A DNA stretch of 63,492 nucleotides, filler included, from Basidiobolus ranarum (taxonomy: Eukaryota), in NCBI GenBank assembly GCA_040143965.1. It is 17 parts of 17 records of this genome, joined end to end, with 100 filler letters (N's around TTAATTAATTAA, not from the genome) between each part and the next. Parts side by side here need not be neighbours in the genome. Positions count along the whole stretch, not along the records: positions 1 to 3,651 come from JASJQH010002355.1; positions 3,752 to 7,400 come from JASJQH010002356.1; positions 7,501 to 11,148 come from JASJQH010002357.1; positions 11,249 to 14,895 come from JASJQH010002358.1; 13 more parts are not named here. The stretch is one strand, 5' to 3'. Positions 1 to 12,872 of the stretch are shown piece after piece; the stretch's first letter is position 1; the number at the start of each line of letters is the position of its first letter. The notes beneath the pieces are model-generated. The model did no database searches. It saw nothing but the letters and a program-made list of their open reading frames with translations, and had not been told where the DNA came from. Made by a program: the position numbers and the translations under genes.

Positions 1-1081
1 GCTGGATAGTGAAAAATGCATGCCAAATTTGAGGATCAACATTTCAACATATATGAATAACATTAAGATACCATCAAGAAACCACTGTCACACCATCAAA
101 ATCCCTGGCAGAATACAAGCCAACAGTATTGTGACGGTTCTCTGATGGTTTTGCTATTTTGGAAGATGGATCCAATCCGGATCAAATTGATTTTATATTT
201 ATTAGGGGTTAAGGAGACTCCAGAGTATATTAACCTGCCGGCAAAGGGCTCTTTTCAATATGCTCGTGGGTTTTTGCATTGTTTGAGCACAATAACAGCA
301 ACAAAGCCCAATCCATGGACACAGAGTAAGTATATCCATAATTGGACTAATTTGCTTGTGTGATAATCTGATGGTATTTTTAGGAAAGCTGCAAGACAGA
401 CTTCTTGGTGAGATAGATGGAGGAAGGCAGTATTATTGTTTTAGCCATAGGGTAATCTATCCAAGCAATGACACATCTACTTGTGGTAGGACATTTGTTG
501 ATGGCAAGTTGGGGATGTATTTGCTGAATTATTTATGGAAACTTGCCAAAATCCAAGAGCTTATTCTCATTGTGAATGGTAACAAGAGTTGCCTATTTGC
601 CAAGTGTCAGTGTTATAAAAAATTTCGGATGTTTAGCAATTTTTCCACCATTAGTTTGCTTGTCAAGCATATTGATGTTGTTAAGTTATGTCTAGTCAGT
701 CAAGTATGTGCATATGTAGAGACTAAACACAACAAGATTGTTGTATTTTTTGATTTTCATTATGGCTCAAATACAAAGCCTAAAATATTGAAATAAAGGC
801 ATGCATACTAATTTGAATTCCTACAGCAGTAAACCCAGTACTTTGCCATTCAAAAATTATATTTTTGCAAAAATTGCCGGATATTGAAAATGCATGCCAA
901 ATTTGAGGATCAATATTTTAACATGTATGAATACCATCAAAATACCATCAAGAAACCGCCGTCACACCATTAAAATTCCTGGCAGAATGCAAGCCACCAA
1001 TATTTTGACGGTTCTCCGACAGTTTTGCTATTTTGGAGGGTGGATCTGATCCGGATCAAATCAATTTTATTTTTGTTAGGG
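1..1081 (+). mobile_element. CACTA/EnSpm (CMC) transposon: right end (1-207) inserted into the transposase C-terminal region and right end of a second copy (208-1081)
   Basis: Both pieces end in ...GGATC(C/T)(A/G)ATCCGGATCAAAT.....T(G/A)TTAGGG. 208-1081 aligns with 35376-36281, which follows the DUF4218-like motif GPCYTFQKFAME...PYATMIN. Confidence 0.85.
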
Positions 1082-2945
1082 TAAGGCCTACAAATAGTTT
1101 GATACCAAGAATCAGGAGTTCATTAAATGCAGAGATGTGATTTTGGATGAAAAAGTAAATTTTTCAGAAAACATAATCTGCACTATTTGAAAAAGTGTCT
1201 GACAAAATTCAGCTGTATCTGAGCCCTATACAACCAAAATTCCAGTCCCAATTACATCAGAGGATTATTTAGGACCCATAGAATCATCCAGAAGGAGTAA
1301 TAAGCCAGGAAATTGCTGTAACACTTCCAATGATGATGTATAAGCTTATGCAGCATTCTGTGACAAACTGCAGACTCTAGATCCACTCTGAAGTGTCCAG
1401 AATCAAATTATGGCAAAAAGCAATGTCTGCTGAGTTTTCTTCACTTCAGGATAATAAAATGACGGTTTTTTGTCCTCCACCATTGGGGAGAAAGCCAATA
1501 GGTTGCAAATGGGTCTGCAAAGTCAAAAGCTAAGCTGATGGAACCATAGAAAGGTACAAAGCAAGATTAGTTGCAAAAAGTTATTCCCTGACTCTAGGAG
1601 CTCATTTTAATGAAACTTTCACTCATATGGCTAAGTTTAGCTTCATTAGATCAATGCTGGCACTCTCAGCCAGCCATAACCTTAATTTGCATCAAATGGA
1701 TGTAAAAACGGCCTTTGTGAATGGAAATCTAGAAGAAGAGATCTATATGGAGCAACCAGATGGATTTGTTGACTCAAGACACCCTGATATGGTCTGTAAA
1801 ATGCAAAAATTGCTATATGGACTCAAGCAAGCACCCAGGGCATGGTTCAGCATGTTAGATGCATATTTGGGATCACTGATATTCCATAAGGGCACAGTAT
1901 ATCATTATATTTACATGTATACTTGCACAAACAAGATTGTCATCTGGGCACTATATGTAGATGACTTGATCATGGCCACCAATGATTTAGAATCACTTAA
2001 TCAGGGCAAAAGCAACTTATCAAATCAATTTCACATGACTGGTTTGCATCTATCAAGTTCTGTCCTTGGAAATCAATGTCAGAAAGATAAACCCAAGCAG
2101 AAAATTTTGTAAAATCAGTCTAGATATATCCTAGATGTCCTAAAACACTTCCACATGGAGAATAGCAAGCCTGTATCATCACCAATGGAGCCCAATGTCA
2201 AATTAATCAAAATTTCATCTGATTTGGCCCAAAATGACTTAAATTGCTGCCAGGAGGTCACTTATCAATCCATGGTGGGTAGTTTAGTGTATACAATGAT
2301 TGGAATACATCCAGATATTTCTGTGATGGTGGGAACTGCCAGCCAATATCTCAAGAATCCAGGATCTGATCACAAAGCTGCAGTAAAACATATATTCAGG
2401 TATCTCAGAGGAACTGTAGATCTAGTTCTGGAATGCTCTGCCACTCCTGATGCACATAATTTTGAAGGCTACAGTGATGCAGACTGGGGAAGAAACATTG
2501 ATGATATAAGATCAAGAACTGGGTACACTTTTCTCCTTGGTAAAGGAGCCATAACTTGGAATAGTAAGAAGCAACCAACCATAGGACTTTCCACTACAGA
2601 AGCAGAGTATATAGCTACCTCTGCTGAACACAAGAAGCTATATAGTTAAGGAATTTATTTACAGACTTAGGGAACATGCAAAAATGTGCAATTACAGTAT
2701 TTGAAGTTAAACAAAGTTGAATTTCATTAGTTAAAAACCCTACATATCATGCTTGAACAAAACATATAGATATTAGGCATCATTTTGTTAGAGAAGCAAT
2801 AGAGAATGATATAATTGAAGGTGTCTATTCCCTGCTGAAGAAATGATTGCTGACATCTTAAACAAACCTTGAGCCAAAGCACAATGTGACATATTAAAAT
2901 ATAAGTTAGATTCAAGAGAAATACACGAGATTTAGTTGAGTGCAA
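1082..2945 (+). mobile_element. Degenerate Ty1/Copia pol (RT and RNase H)
   Basis: KPIGCKWV, RYKARLVAK, HQMDVKTAF, LYGLKQAPRAW, LYVDDL, GYSDADW, WNSKKQ..LSTTEAEY; contains stops and frameshifts. Confidence 0.95.
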
Positions 2946-3271
2946 TGTTGAAATTAGATAAATAGCAACTCTTTATTCAGTAGTTTGTTTATTCATATTC
3001 TGATTATTTATCACTCAATTCTGTCATTGAAGAATGTGTGTTTATTGTTCTAATTGATAGATATATCAGTCAGATCATTGCTACCAATTTTCAATACTTT
3101 TCAAAACTTCTCCAAATCACCTCAAATTTTGCTTTGATGTAAGCATGTCCAATAGTCCTATTCATGGTAAACCATAAATAGGACATATTCAATTCAATAA
3201 AACTCAAGTGTCTAATTCATAAGTCTAATGCTTGTTCAAAACACTTCCAAATCTCCTATACAATTTTAGCA
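2946..3271 (+). repeat. Copia LTR family A (3' LTR)
   Basis: Starts TGTTGAAATT just after the RNase H region and matches the reverse complement of 40114-40464. The 3' boundary is approximate. Confidence 0.8.
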
Positions 3272-3651
3272 ATTACATAGTAAATGAATAGTTGGGCAAA
3301 GTTCATCAGAAACACATCAAGAACATTAACATCCAAAATGACTACTTTGCCCACTTAAGAACAACTCTCCATAAAGAGTTTGGATAGAATTGTTACAACA
3401 AGGGAATTGCAGGAAGATCACTGTAATGATTTGTATGCTATAATAAGTAAAAACTACAAAGTTGCTGTACAGGCTATGAAAAGCAAAAATGCTGCAATAT
3501 TGCAACTGATGCAGCATTCAGAAGCAACTAGTCAACTATAAGAGAGTCACTCAACAATGATACAAGATCTTCAGAATGCTGTACTTGAGCTACAGTAACA
3601 TTCTGCTCCCTCCATCCATTCTCATATGGGATTTCAATCAATCTGACACCA
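3272..3651. mobile_element. CACTA ORF2 fragment (target of the Copia insertion)
   Basis: Aligns with about 54064-54440 (LQLMQH.EATSQ..ESHSTMIQDLQ.AVLEL). Confidence 0.8.
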
Positions 3652-3751
3652 NNNNNNNNNNNNNNNNNNNNNNNNNNNNNNNNNNNNNNNNNNNNTTAAT
3701 TAATTAANNNNNNNNNNNNNNNNNNNNNNNNNNNNNNNNNNNNNNNNNNNN
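3652..3751. other. Artificial contig spacer N44-TTAATTAATTAA-N44 (first of 16)
   Basis: Identical 100-nt linker with stops in all frames also at 7401, 11149, 14896, 18642, 22386, 26128, 29869, 33608, 37346, 41084, 44822, 48559, 52294, 56028 and 59762. Fragment lengths never increase, going from 3651 to 3631 bp. Confidence 0.98.
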
Positions 3752-6700
3752 GGCTTCAGAAGAAGAACATTCAACTTGACATTCAGTCTGGTCTTGACCA
3801 TATGGATATCTTGGAAGAACTTTACACAGAGTGACAAAATATTGCATCGTATCTGCTATATATCTGGAAGAATGTTGATTCAGCAACATTAATACAATGG
3901 TGGGCTTTGGTGGAGATATTAATACAAACTTGTGTTAGGTATGAGCTAAACCTTGGGTATGAAGAACTCTGTAAAAATATTCTGGAGAATATATCAAAGA
4001 GACTAGGGATTTAGAAGGTGACAAATTGGCATTCCAGTGGTAATTGCTCTCCAAACTCAACTGGTACTTTTCAAGGTGTTGAGATTAGCCCTAAACTTCA
4101 AGACAAACAAAAGGCTGCACAAACACCTCAGAGCACCCTCAGAATTGCAGAATTATATAGAAAAAGAAAAAGTGATTAAGAAGTGTTTCAAAAATTACTA
4201 AGGTAAAAACACAATGCAAGTTTGCAGAAAGTAGCTTCACAAGGAGAAAATGCAACTTGATTTCAGTCTAGTGATAATAGTGCAGATATATGGGAAGGAC
4301 ATGATACTTAGTGGCATAAGATTGCAGAGTAGCAGCCAAATATTGGAAGTATGTTAATTCAGCAAAGGTTTGGCCCAATGCACATGATCAGGCATTTGAT
4401 TCACTGTGGACAATTGTTCCCCATGCTCCTACTCTATCCTATCCTGACTTATCCAAGCCTTTTCTGTTGCTACATATAAGTGAAGAACCTTCACAGTAAT
4501 GTCTGGTTTTTGGTTATTCCACAATAGTCTCAAATTGAGTTGATATTGGGCAAATTCCCAACAGTTTCCAGAATGTTAAGCCACTCATCAACAGAGCAAG
4601 TGACAACAGCTGTGACATTCAGAGTCTTTTGGTGTGCTTGCCTTCCTAAGAGATTTCTACTTCTATGTGCCCATGAAATTTTGGGTTGCTGTGAGGGTTT
4701 AACAGTCTACATATATTCTGCTATGCTAGCTTGTCACAGTAGCATTCATATGTATGGTGTGGGATTGATTGAATGGAGATAGCAGCATGTTGCTGTAGAT
4801 CAAGCACAGCATTCCAATAGTCTTATATCATTGTTGAGTGACTCTCTATCTGTAGACTGGTAGCTTAAGAATACTGCATTAATTGCAATATTGCACTGTT
4901 ATTGCTTGTCATGGCCTGTATAGCAACTTTGTTGTTTCAACTTATGATTTCATGCAAGGTATTATGGGGTTATGCCTGAGATTCACTTGTAATAATGATT
5001 TTATCCAAATCTTCTACCAAGAGGTGTTCAATAGTGGGCAAAGTAGGCATTTTGGAAGTTTATGGTCTTGACAATGTTTGTGTTGAACTTTGCTCAACTA
5101 TTGATTTACTATGAGTTGGGAGATAATGATCTTTTGACCTATACTATTGCTTGAAAGGAGCACATCTGGTAGATTGCTTAAAGATTCACCTTTACTTGTG
5201 TCAGCTTCTGGCATATTAGTGCCTTCCAAAGTGGATGGTCAATGGCTACACTGCTTATCAATCAAGTCCCCTGTTCTTGCTGATTTGTTTCCTGTTGTCC
5301 TAGCAGGCTTTTGTGTGAAAACAACTTTGATTTAGAATTGGAATGCTTTTTGAATCACATTGAAATTTTTAAATGGTAAATTTGGTATCAATTCACCAAG
5401 TGGACAGACTAATATCAAACTTGGGGTTAGCCATAAGCCTAAGACTATATTGCTCTGAGTTTTTTCATAACACCAAGCTTACACCTGTGTATTTCAAAGT
5501 TATTGAGAAAACATCCCAATCTAAATCAAAATCAGCTTCCAAGCATATGCCTGCTGGCAGGTAAGGAGCAAAACCAGCAAAACTGAAGACATAATTAATG
5601 AGAATTGTAACTATCTACTATTTACTTTCAAAGGCATTGACATGCCAAGAACTAACACAAATACTAATGAGGCATTACTCTATTTACTAGATATATACCC
5701 TCCTAGTGATAGTGCATGTGAAGAGATTGCAATCCCACAATTATGTAGTAAATCAATATTTGAGCAAAGTTTATTAGAAATACCACTGAGACCATCAAAC
5801 TTCAAAATGTCTACTTCCACTTTTGAAAATTACTTGATAGATTATTTGAATGGATTCATTACAACAAGGGAATCTGAGGCAATTGTAGAAGTACCAATGT
5901 CAATGTATTAATCACTCAGAAGGTTCTTGACTTATTTCATGTGGCATATCCTTGGAATCTACAAGCAAATTGTAATTGGGCTAGTACACACCTATTCATG
6001 ACACATCTCAAAAATGTGCCTAATTATCAACTTGTTAAGGAAAGAAAAGCAGTTAAAGATGTAATCAAGGTGCATCAAGTAAGGAAACCCCAGGAAAAGC
6101 TAAGGAACAGGTGATTGTGGCCTACACTGTTGTAATTACCAATTTCTTCACACCATAACAAAGACCTGAATTTCCTGAGTTGGAAATGCCAGCAGATATA
6201 CCATCAACAAGGCTGGACTTGACTGTACAACCAGGGACACCAGTTGGATGAATTTCAAAGTTGGAAGTTTATCTAACACCAGTCATCTCACAACAAACTA
6301 AAACATCAACAAATAAAACTCATGGATCATCAACATTGACTGGTACTCCTCAAAGTGTCAAGATTAGCCCCAAACTAAAAAACATGCAAAAAAAAGCCTA
6401 ACCATCACAAGGCATACTGAGTAGTGTCATAACACCAGGGCATAAAAACTTGTAAAAAGATTTAAGCATACTTTGAAAAGTGTGAAGGGAGAATTGTGGC
6501 ACAAGTATGAAGCAAGTGGCTTCAGAAAAAGAATATTAAACTTGCCATTCAGTCTGGTGTTGAACATGAAGATATCTGGTAAGAACTTGATACAGAGGGG
6601 CATACTGTTTCAGGTTATCTGCCAGATATCTGGAAGAATGTTAATGGAGTAATATTCAAACAATGGTGGGCTTAAATGGAGATATGAATCAAACTCATAC

Positions 6701-7044
6701 TGGACATGAGCTAAAAATTGGGTAAGAAGTAACCTATAAAAATATTCGTGAGAGTGTATCCAAGATATTAGAGATCTTGAAGATGAAAAATTTGAAATCA
6801 AGTAATAAATGTGTAAAATTTGGGTTACATTTCCTGTATGTATGTTTACCCACAGTTTTTGATTTTATAGCAAATCATGTGCAACCATTTTGCAAGATCT
6901 TTGAATTTCACTGTTGAAACTGAGAGACTTGATTAAAACCAAATCTAACTTGATGATTGTATAAGGGTTAGTAAATGGTTGGCCCAAAATGGATAAAAAT
7001 TGTTACAGTTTCTCACAATAACCATGCTCAAAATTCTGCTACAG
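3752..7044. mobile_element. Mosaic of CACTA fragments in both orientations (mostly ORF2), ending at a degenerate left terminus near 7044
   Basis: Blocks align with 34114-35109, 37446-38074 and 53880-55535. About 5385-5455 matches the transposase segment at 52425-52495. Confidence 0.8.
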
Positions 7045-10000
7045 CTACTGGCATAATCCAGTGGTTATCCTGGTGGTAGGTAGAGGTAAAAGCCTTGCTG
7101 CTAATGTAGTAACAGGTGATATAAGCTCAGTGGCTGCCAGCATAGTGGAGCTTGATTTACCATGGTAAACACCTTCTTCACTCACCAATTATCTGATATC
7201 TTACAACCAGACTGTAATATCTTGTTTAAAATAAGTTTCATGCTTGTAATGATTCTGTCATTAGGGTTGGTGTCCTTCATGGCTTAGAGATTTCAGTCAG
7301 ATGGAGCCAGACTTCTTTGTTGAATGAAAATTTACATGTGAAAGCACATCATTTAACCAAACTAAGAGAGGAAAATCATTAACTTGAGGGAGGTTCTTAT
7401 NNNNNNNNNNNNNNNNNNNNNNNNNNNNNNNNNNNNNNNNNNNNTTAATTAATTAANNNNNNNNNNNNNNNNNNNNNNNNNNNNNNNNNNNNNNNNNNNN
7501 GTTCAAGCTCTCCTTGCTTTCTATTCGGTTCTGTTAGAGGCAGCCATCTGATTTGAACACCAGAGTGCTTGTTGAACACTGAGCACTCATTGCTCTGATC
7601 AGACCGATTACAAGCATGGCCACCAATGATAAGAACCCATATTTCCTGAAATCAACCGAGCCATTGCTTGTAATGTTGGCAGAAGCAACAAAGGAATAGT
7701 GTGGACGGGAAATCTGGCGGGTGTGACAAAATTAAGTAACCTAGTTTAAGGAAACAGCACCAAGGACTGAAGCTCGAATCTAAACTCATCTCCCGTGGCA
7801 CTGGGTAAATTGAGTGAATGGATCGCCACAAAATACAACAGAAGCTTCTATAACACTAGCAAGGTCAGAGTCATGACTAGCTAAAGTCACCATTCTAGGT
7901 TGGATATGATCATGATACCTGTATAGCAGTACTCACTAGGAAAATAGGCGCGTATGCTGAATTACTCAAATCATCAGACGCATCGAAAAAAGATGGATGT
8001 TCCCACGACGTGACTTGTCTTCACACATTCCGAGCAATTCTCCTGGAATTTAGTAAGAGCACGGGTGGCTACTATTATTACCATTATAGAACACAACATT
8101 GACACAATTGTGCGACTAACAAGAAGATTTTGCCAGGCTTGATAAGGGATCTTAAACTGAAGTTGAATATCAATGAGAGGACCAAGATGCCCTAGTAGCA
8201 GAAGCCTATTGGATGATGAAGAGCAAGAGTACTCATTGTTCAATATGTCGACTCCATCAAGAAAATATGTCAAAGATTGCCCTCCTAGAGCCTGTAGGAA
8301 TCGATCAAATACTCCCACACCTCAGGCATGCAAGATTACGTGTAAGAACTAGACACGCTACCTGTATGATTCACATTTGACTAGATGAAATCACTTCATA
8401 GGCATGGAAGTGGCCAAGAAGAATTCTTAACTAATCCGTCCAGCAATGCTACACATAAAACAACGAATTGTCACGGCAGCCTGCCTATTCCTTTTTTGCG
8501 CATGATTAACATCGTTGTGCGCCCTTTTCAGGTATAACCTTAGGGTTGGCGATTCGTTGTTTGCTGGTATTTGTACTAGAAACCACACCAATGTATGTCA
8601 TCATCAATGAGCAATCTCAAATAGCCATGTACTCACCACAACGCCTATGATATAGATAGAATACGTTGCTCATGCGCCTATCAACAATCCGTTCTTACTA
8701 CGCAAACGGCGCTATATTATGAGCAATCAAGGTTTAACCTGGGATTCCCTGATAGTGGGATTCCATGTATGCCCTCTCCAGCTCATGGTGCTCTAGCATA
8801 AAAAACCTAGTGCAGATGAGATATGCATTGATAATATTTTCCACATCATAGACCTGCATCAATACCGATTCTACGCCAGCTGGATCAGTGTCACTTGTTT
8901 GTCTAGTAGGAAAATATCCCCTTTCATGATTATGGTGAAAAGCCGTTTCTGCCATTCAGAGAATCGGTGTTTAACTCGGTTCTCAGATTTGCTTGAGGCA
9001 TTTATTCTGTATAAATTGTGACACTCATTTGCATCATTTCTCTGGAAGCCTAATCGATACGTAATCACCTCATAGCAAGGCTAGATTAGCGATCGATCTA
9101 GGGTGACTCATGCTGGATACTAGGATGTGACCCCAACAGAGATATAGAGATCAGAGCAGCAGTCAATCTTCGGAAGCCACACATTCACACCTAGAAAGTG
9201 CAAGTATTTAGATTGAAACATTATCAAGATCCTTTACTTAATGGAGCAGTGTACCTCATCTGGGGCCTGTAGTCTCTACTCTGGTAGGAAACGTAGGATT
9301 TGAGTCCATACCTTGATGGAGGTATTGGTAATTGTAATCAAGCAACACTGAGGATGCTAATAAGCACTGAAGTTATCACCAATGATTGTAATCACTTGGA
9401 ATTATCTCTACAAGCTCTATTTGCAAGGCTCAAACTAATTGCATACATTATTGTAGAGGCTTCTATAGCTGACTGAAACTAGGCTCATTTATCTCCAAGA
9501 AGGTATTAGTTCTATTGAGGGCCTTTAGATGCACTCAAATTGAGATTGCATAAAGATTATTTCAGTAAATGCATATGATACGTGCGCTTATACTGACTTT
9601 ATATATCCTGAAGAAAAGAGCGAACATGAAGGTATTTAAAGTGCCATGGAATTGGATATTAAGGTAGATGATAGAATTCAGGACAGGAATTTCAAACCCA
9701 CCCTTTAGTGTACCTTCAAGGAAATTAGATTCAGTTAGAGGAGCATGCAGATGAGGTTGAAACACTCAGTTTCTAAGGACTTTCTGTCGATATAGACTTA
9801 ATATCCCCTTACTATGACACAGAAAAGTGACACTGATTAGCAGAGGAATTAAGTGTCTCAATTGAATCTGGTCTGGTAGAAGTATGTTAATATTTCCAAC
9901 CAGAGGGGTTTCTCACTCCGGGGTTTCCGACTCGGGCTAAACGGGAAACGCCAAAAGCTACCATGGGTGTTCTGAAACCCAAGCTTATGATCCTCCAGTT

Positions 10001-11248
10001 ACTTGGGAGAGAATCAGATGGCATACAACTCAACTGTAATCCATCAATATCTCAGTGTTACATTCAACCTCTTAACATGTGAGTCTAAGTGATGATTGGG
10101 ATTATTTATACAGTGTACTGTTGCAGCTAATTAAACTACAAAACAATGCTTGGATGCCTCCCAATTGAAATCTCTCACCAAACATGGCAAGTTCTTGGTA
10201 AACTAATTCCTGTCTCTGATGTTTGATCACTCATCACTGGGCAGCCATTAATCTTAATGAAGCCTCGATACAGACGAGATTTCCTCTATCTACATTGATC
10301 ATTCATCTGATACGCTTCAATGATAATCTTACCATAGATTCTATATTCATTGGGAGCCAGAGAATCTTTGAAAAGCATGCGATGTAGCAGATGTGCCACT
10401 AATAAGGTAGAATAATCTGATTACTAAACAGGACCTGGCACTTATTGGACCAGGTTTCTTCCCCATTCAAATCCGGTAAAATGGAGTATCTCATCTTAGC
10501 CAGTTTCAAGGAACGCTTATGGGTCATTTCCTCGGATGAGAGATTCCAAGATGTACAAAAAGTTCTTGCCTGCTCTAAATCCAAAAAGTCGCTTGATCTC
10601 GAGACTGGATTCAGATACAGTGCACCCATACTGATTATTAGCTCATCCTATGGTACCTCGGCTATTTCAAATTTTCAGGGAACTGCTGGGATATTTGTCT
10701 GTGGTAACACCAAAGAAGGGGTGTTCATCAACATACGCTCTTTTTGGCTTTACACCCTGAAACCTCATTTCGACCAAGATGTTGATAAATCTCCGCTTGT
10801 CTTTCTAAAAGATGAATTTAACGCTGCATTCTGGACACCGATATTCTCCCTGTTCACTCGCAAAAACTCCATCTACCCCTAGGTAGATGCGATCAGCTCT
10901 GAAACTTCTTGGGGCGCATCTGTCCCGACTTTCCGTGACTGGCTGGAATGCTAAGATGGGTTGGACACCTTGCCTTGATTGAGTCTGCAGATTGAGTGGA
11001 GATGATAGCGTGCTGTTGTAATCTATACTTTAATATATGTGGGATGACCCACCAAATGAATCTTCTAATTTTCTATAGGGGTGCGTATGCATATCACCCC
11101 AATTTAATAGATCATTGCGGATCAGTAGGTAAAGAGAGAAACCTATTTNNNNNNNNNNNNNNNNNNNNNNNNNNNNNNNNNNNNNNNNNNNNTTAATTAA
11201 TTAANNNNNNNNNNNNNNNNNNNNNNNNNNNNNNNNNNNNNNNNNNNN

Positions 11249-12010
11249 TATCTGTTTTGTGGATATTCATATACCAGATGACATAAAAATGTGGTTATGC
11301 CATTAGCATTCGTCGTTAATGTCTTTGCTCAACCCAACCCATTCATGCATTCTCTATGGCGACATATTCATTGGTTTCCTCGACGTCAATTTTACTTTGC
11401 TACCGAAGAGAATCGCAACAAGTATGATAACTTCGTTTTGAACATCTTTCGACACCCATATCGTGTTCGCAAAGCAGCTGAGCATCTTTACAACAATCTA
11501 GAACTCCAACTGGCTGCTAGAGGGGTGCATCCGGTATCCAAGATACATACCGCTGCTGAATCTAACCGTAATATATCACTGGGTAGTTTCCTGGGTGTTC
11601 ATGGACGAAGAGGGGATTTTGTCGAATATGATTGGATAGGGAATCTTAGTTCTATAGTGATATGGCAAGAATCCATAGCCTATACGATGGAATACCTGAA
11701 ATACGAGAAAGAATTGAAAGTGTTTTACCTTGCCTCTGATGAAACTTCTCTTGACGCTTACGAAATGCTATACCGGTACAATATGATTAGAATCTTTGAC
11801 TTGATGGATTCTGAATTTGTATCCGAGTATACTTATTTGGGGGTGTTTGGTGACTGGTTAGCACTATTAGATCAACATATTCTGGCGAGAAGTGAATTCT
11901 TTATCGCTACTTATATGAGCTCTCTAAGTGGTGGCGTATTAAATATGAGAAAAGGTCTAGGGGTGAAAAATGATCCAACTACCAGAGAATGGATGGAGAG
12001 CTTATTATGA
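11249..12010 (+). CDS. GDP-fucose protein O-fucosyltransferase-like protein (5'-truncated)
   Basis: Motifs FLGVHGRRGDF, FYLASDE and LLDQHILARSEFFIATYMSSLSGGV are typical of the O-FucT GT-B fold. The frame is open back to the contig start. Confidence 0.85.
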
Positions 12011-12485
12011 AATAAATGGAAATAACTCATGTCGAATAGTCACAAGAATCATACCATATACATATATATTTGCTCATAAATGTTACCAAGTGACTGCTTG
12101 TACTACAGTGGAATGTAGGAAATATCAGGGGGCATATGTCAAGTTGAACCTGTTAAGGTACCTTTCGATTAGGGCTCATTATATCTTTGAGAGATGAAAT
12201 ATAACCCTACAAATATTGTCCTAAAGAATTGATAAATGTCGAGATAATGAGAGTTCACTCTTACTTTTAGAGTTTGAGTCTATACCAATATCTCCTGGAA
12301 AAAGTTAGGGTTAGTTGGGTCTTGATAATATCGAACTATTGCTTGTGAGAATTCCACTGGAAATTATTTTGCTTAGAGATCGGTAGTTATACCGCTTTAA
12401 TAAATTTCATTCAAGGGAATACATTGCTAATTATTGGGATATCCTTATTATCTACTAGAGATATGGCTATTACTAGGTTCCTTAC

Positions 12486-12872
12486 TTATAAGAGTGAGAC
12501 ATATACGACTACTTTAGGAAGACAGACTACTGCACGAACTTCCAAGAGACCTGGTGCACTAACCAAAGCATTGATGGAGTTTTTAAGGATGTTGCAGTTG
12601 GAGGAGACCTCGCGAGTAGCTTGTTCAATTGCTGGGGGGACAGGTTGGGATTTAGCCAAGCATACAAAGGCATCTACGTTAGCTACTTTAGCCACATCTA
12701 ACTTTACAGTCGCTACAGCAGCATCACAGAGCCCGCCAACTACAGGAGCAAGGATGCCACCTGCAGTGTGGGTGACACCACCAAGGACTGGAGCAAGATC
12801 AAGTGGAACAGGAGCGGCGAGCACATTGCTGATAACAAAAGCGATGGCAACGAAGACGGTGAAGAATTTCAT
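12486..12872 (-). CDS. Small secreted protein, 128 aa, 4 Cys, two internal repeats
   Basis: Clear signal peptide MKFFTVFVAIAFVISNVLA|APVP; intact intronless ORF; TATAAA upstream on the minus strand near 12945. Confidence 0.85.
   Translation of the reverse strand: MKFFTVFVAIAFVISNVLAAPVPLDLAPVLGGVTHTAGGILAPVVGGLCDAAVATVKLDVAKVANVDAFVCLAKSQPVPPAIEQATREVSSNCNILKNSINALVSAPGLLEVRAVVCLPKVVVYVSLL

Noticed and set aside
200..212. AGGG followed by TTAA suggesting piggyBac
   Set aside because: GTTAAGG belongs to the target copy (compare 35376); other ends lack TTAA; the transposase motifs are Tnp2-type.
1076..1081. Element ends in TTAGGG, suggesting a telomere-associated element
   Set aside because: It is a single hexamer explained by the CCCTAACA CMC terminus; there are no telomeric arrays and the flanks are transposon DNA.
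7045..7400. CpG-poor sequence beyond the CACTA left end, possibly another retroelement (similarly 44922-45400)
   Set aside because: No recognisable motif and no second copy in the window.
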